DNA of 63,140 nt, the filler included, from Reticulomyxa filosa (lineage: Eukaryota > Protista > Foraminifera): the NCBI GenBank assembly GCA_000512085.1. It is 21 parts of 21 records of this genome, joined end to end, with 100 filler letters (N's around TTAATTAATTAA, not from the genome) between each part and the next. Parts side by side here need not be neighbours in the genome. Positions count along the whole stretch, not along the records: positions 61,874 to 63,140 come from ASPP01025280.1; 20 more parts are not named here. The stretch is one strand, 5' to 3'. The notes under the pieces were generated by a model. That model made no database searches, was not told the origin of the DNA, and saw nothing but the letters and a program-made list of their open reading frames with translations. The position numbers and the translations under genes were made by a program. Positions 61,874 to 63,140 of the stretch are shown piece after piece (positions within the stretch are counted from its first letter, which is position 1; each line of letters opens with the position of its first letter).

Positions 61874-63110
61874 AATGATAATGATAATGGTAAAGACGAA
61901 GATTGCAACCTTGTCGAACCTGTCATTTCTGAATTCACACACGGAAAAAAAAAAAGCGAGCCGCCGAGTTCTGAAATAGTTGAGAAGGGAATAATCCTGG
62001 AGGAATGTTCCTGGAACATTCTCCATCAATACGATGAGAAGAACGATGTCGTATTTCAACAAGAATTGGAAATGAAAAGCAAGATAGGAAACAAAGTCTA
62101 CGAAATAGAAGAAAAATGCGTTTTGGATGACTCACCTAAATCGAAAGACACAGAGAGCAACGAAGCCAATACAAAAAATAAAGAAAAAATAAAAAAAGAA
62201 GAAAAGAAAGAAGAAGAAGAAGAAGAAGATGAAGAAAACCTTGAGTTGTGGAGAGGAATTATGAAAGATGTGAATCGGACATTGCAATATCGTGAGTTTT
62301 TCCGAAAGTATTCCACAAAGTATTCCTTGGGGAATGTGCTTTACATATGGGCAAAATCGCGCGGTGGCAAGCGAGGATACCTACAAGGCATGAACGAACT
62401 CGCTGCCGTCATTTTGTGTGCCCTGTCTTACGACTATATACAAATCATGGAAGGCGACAACTTGTTTGGTCAATTTTTTTATTTTTATTTTTATTTTTTT
62501 TCAAGTTTTAACTATGTGCATATACTCATTTGCACTTTTTTTTTTTTAATCTTTAAAAAAAAAAAAGTGGTGACACGCTATTGAATGAATTGGTGGATCC
62601 AAAATTTATGGAACATGATGCATTCACATTATATTCAGGTTTATAAAATGTATATGTGCATATACATATGTATATATATATATATATATGTGTATATGTA
62701 TCTATTTCTATTTCTATTCAAATGTGCGAATGCATTTGCTTGGAAACAGCGCTAATGAAATTGTTCGTGAATTTCTTTGACGACCCCATCCCGCCCATTG
62801 AAATATTGGAGGATAAGATGGGGACGTTTCGGTTCAATCAGGGATTGTATGATAGTGGCTCAAGCACGTCATTGTATTTGAAGCTGCATTATATCCAACA
62901 CAAGCTGTTAAAGCACTCTGACTTGTCCATTTATTTGCACTTTGAAAAGATTGGCTTGCAGCCACAAATGTATATGCTGCGCTGGATTCGTGTGCTGTTC
63001 TGTCGCGAGTTTTTTATTGATCAGGTCATCCATTTATGGGATGAATTGTTTTCCAGCTCTTCGCTTATCGAATTCATTGAATATATTTGTATGGCCATGA
63101 TTCACAACAT
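61874..63110 (+). CDS. TBC-domain Rab GTPase-activating protein (TBC1D5-like), internal fragment
   Basis: IMKDVNRT (Arg finger), GYLQGMNEL (Gln finger), MEHDAF, PQMYMLRWIRVLFCREF..LWDELF. Confidence 0.9.
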
Positions 63111-63140
63111 GTTATCTTTCTTTTCTTTTTCTTTTCTTTT

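Noticed and set aside
1-63140. rRNA, tRNA, CRISPR arrays, intact transposases, alternative genetic code
   Set aside because: None recognised by eye, and conserved genes end in standard TAA/TAG/TGA without in-frame readthrough. tRNAscan/Infernal would be needed to exclude small RNAs.

Overview
Eukaryotic, AT-rich, intron-containing genomic DNA made of 21 short contigs joined by 20 artificial 100-bp spacers (N44-TTAATTAATTAA-N44). Adjacency is therefore only meaningful within a contig. The homopolymer- and microsatellite-laden introns and the expanded WD40 and TPR families suggest the foraminiferan Reticulomyxa filosa (inference, not verified). Most contigs carry partial housekeeping or signalling genes: CHMP3/Vps24, uL1m, GCFC2/PAXBP1, CaMK, DDI1, TTLL4/5, TBC Rab-GAP, qRRM protein, CAP-Gly, SAM, FN3-SPRY, a sulfotransferase, a COG0523 GTPase and a divergent CCA/PAP-type nucleotidyltransferase. 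The standout is a ~1,850-1,900-codon NLR-like gene (7714-13501) with the architecture [GG|MQN + UBA-like] - Cys4 module - RelA/SpoT-like nucleotidyltransferase - NACHT NTPase - pentapeptide repeats - 16 WD40 repeats with hypervariable surface positions. It is a candidate protist immune receptor whose output would be a nucleotide signal or toxin. It shares a contig with TPR and WD40 pseudogenes, and a paralogous N-terminal cassette lies on another contig. Two separate contigs encode RNF213 (mysterin)-like fragments. Many introns end in an oligo(A) tract directly before the acceptor AG and carry oligo(U) near the donor, suggesting structure-assisted splicing. No rRNA, tRNA, CRISPR array or intact transposon was recognised. 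All homology calls are from motif recognition by eye; no searches were run.
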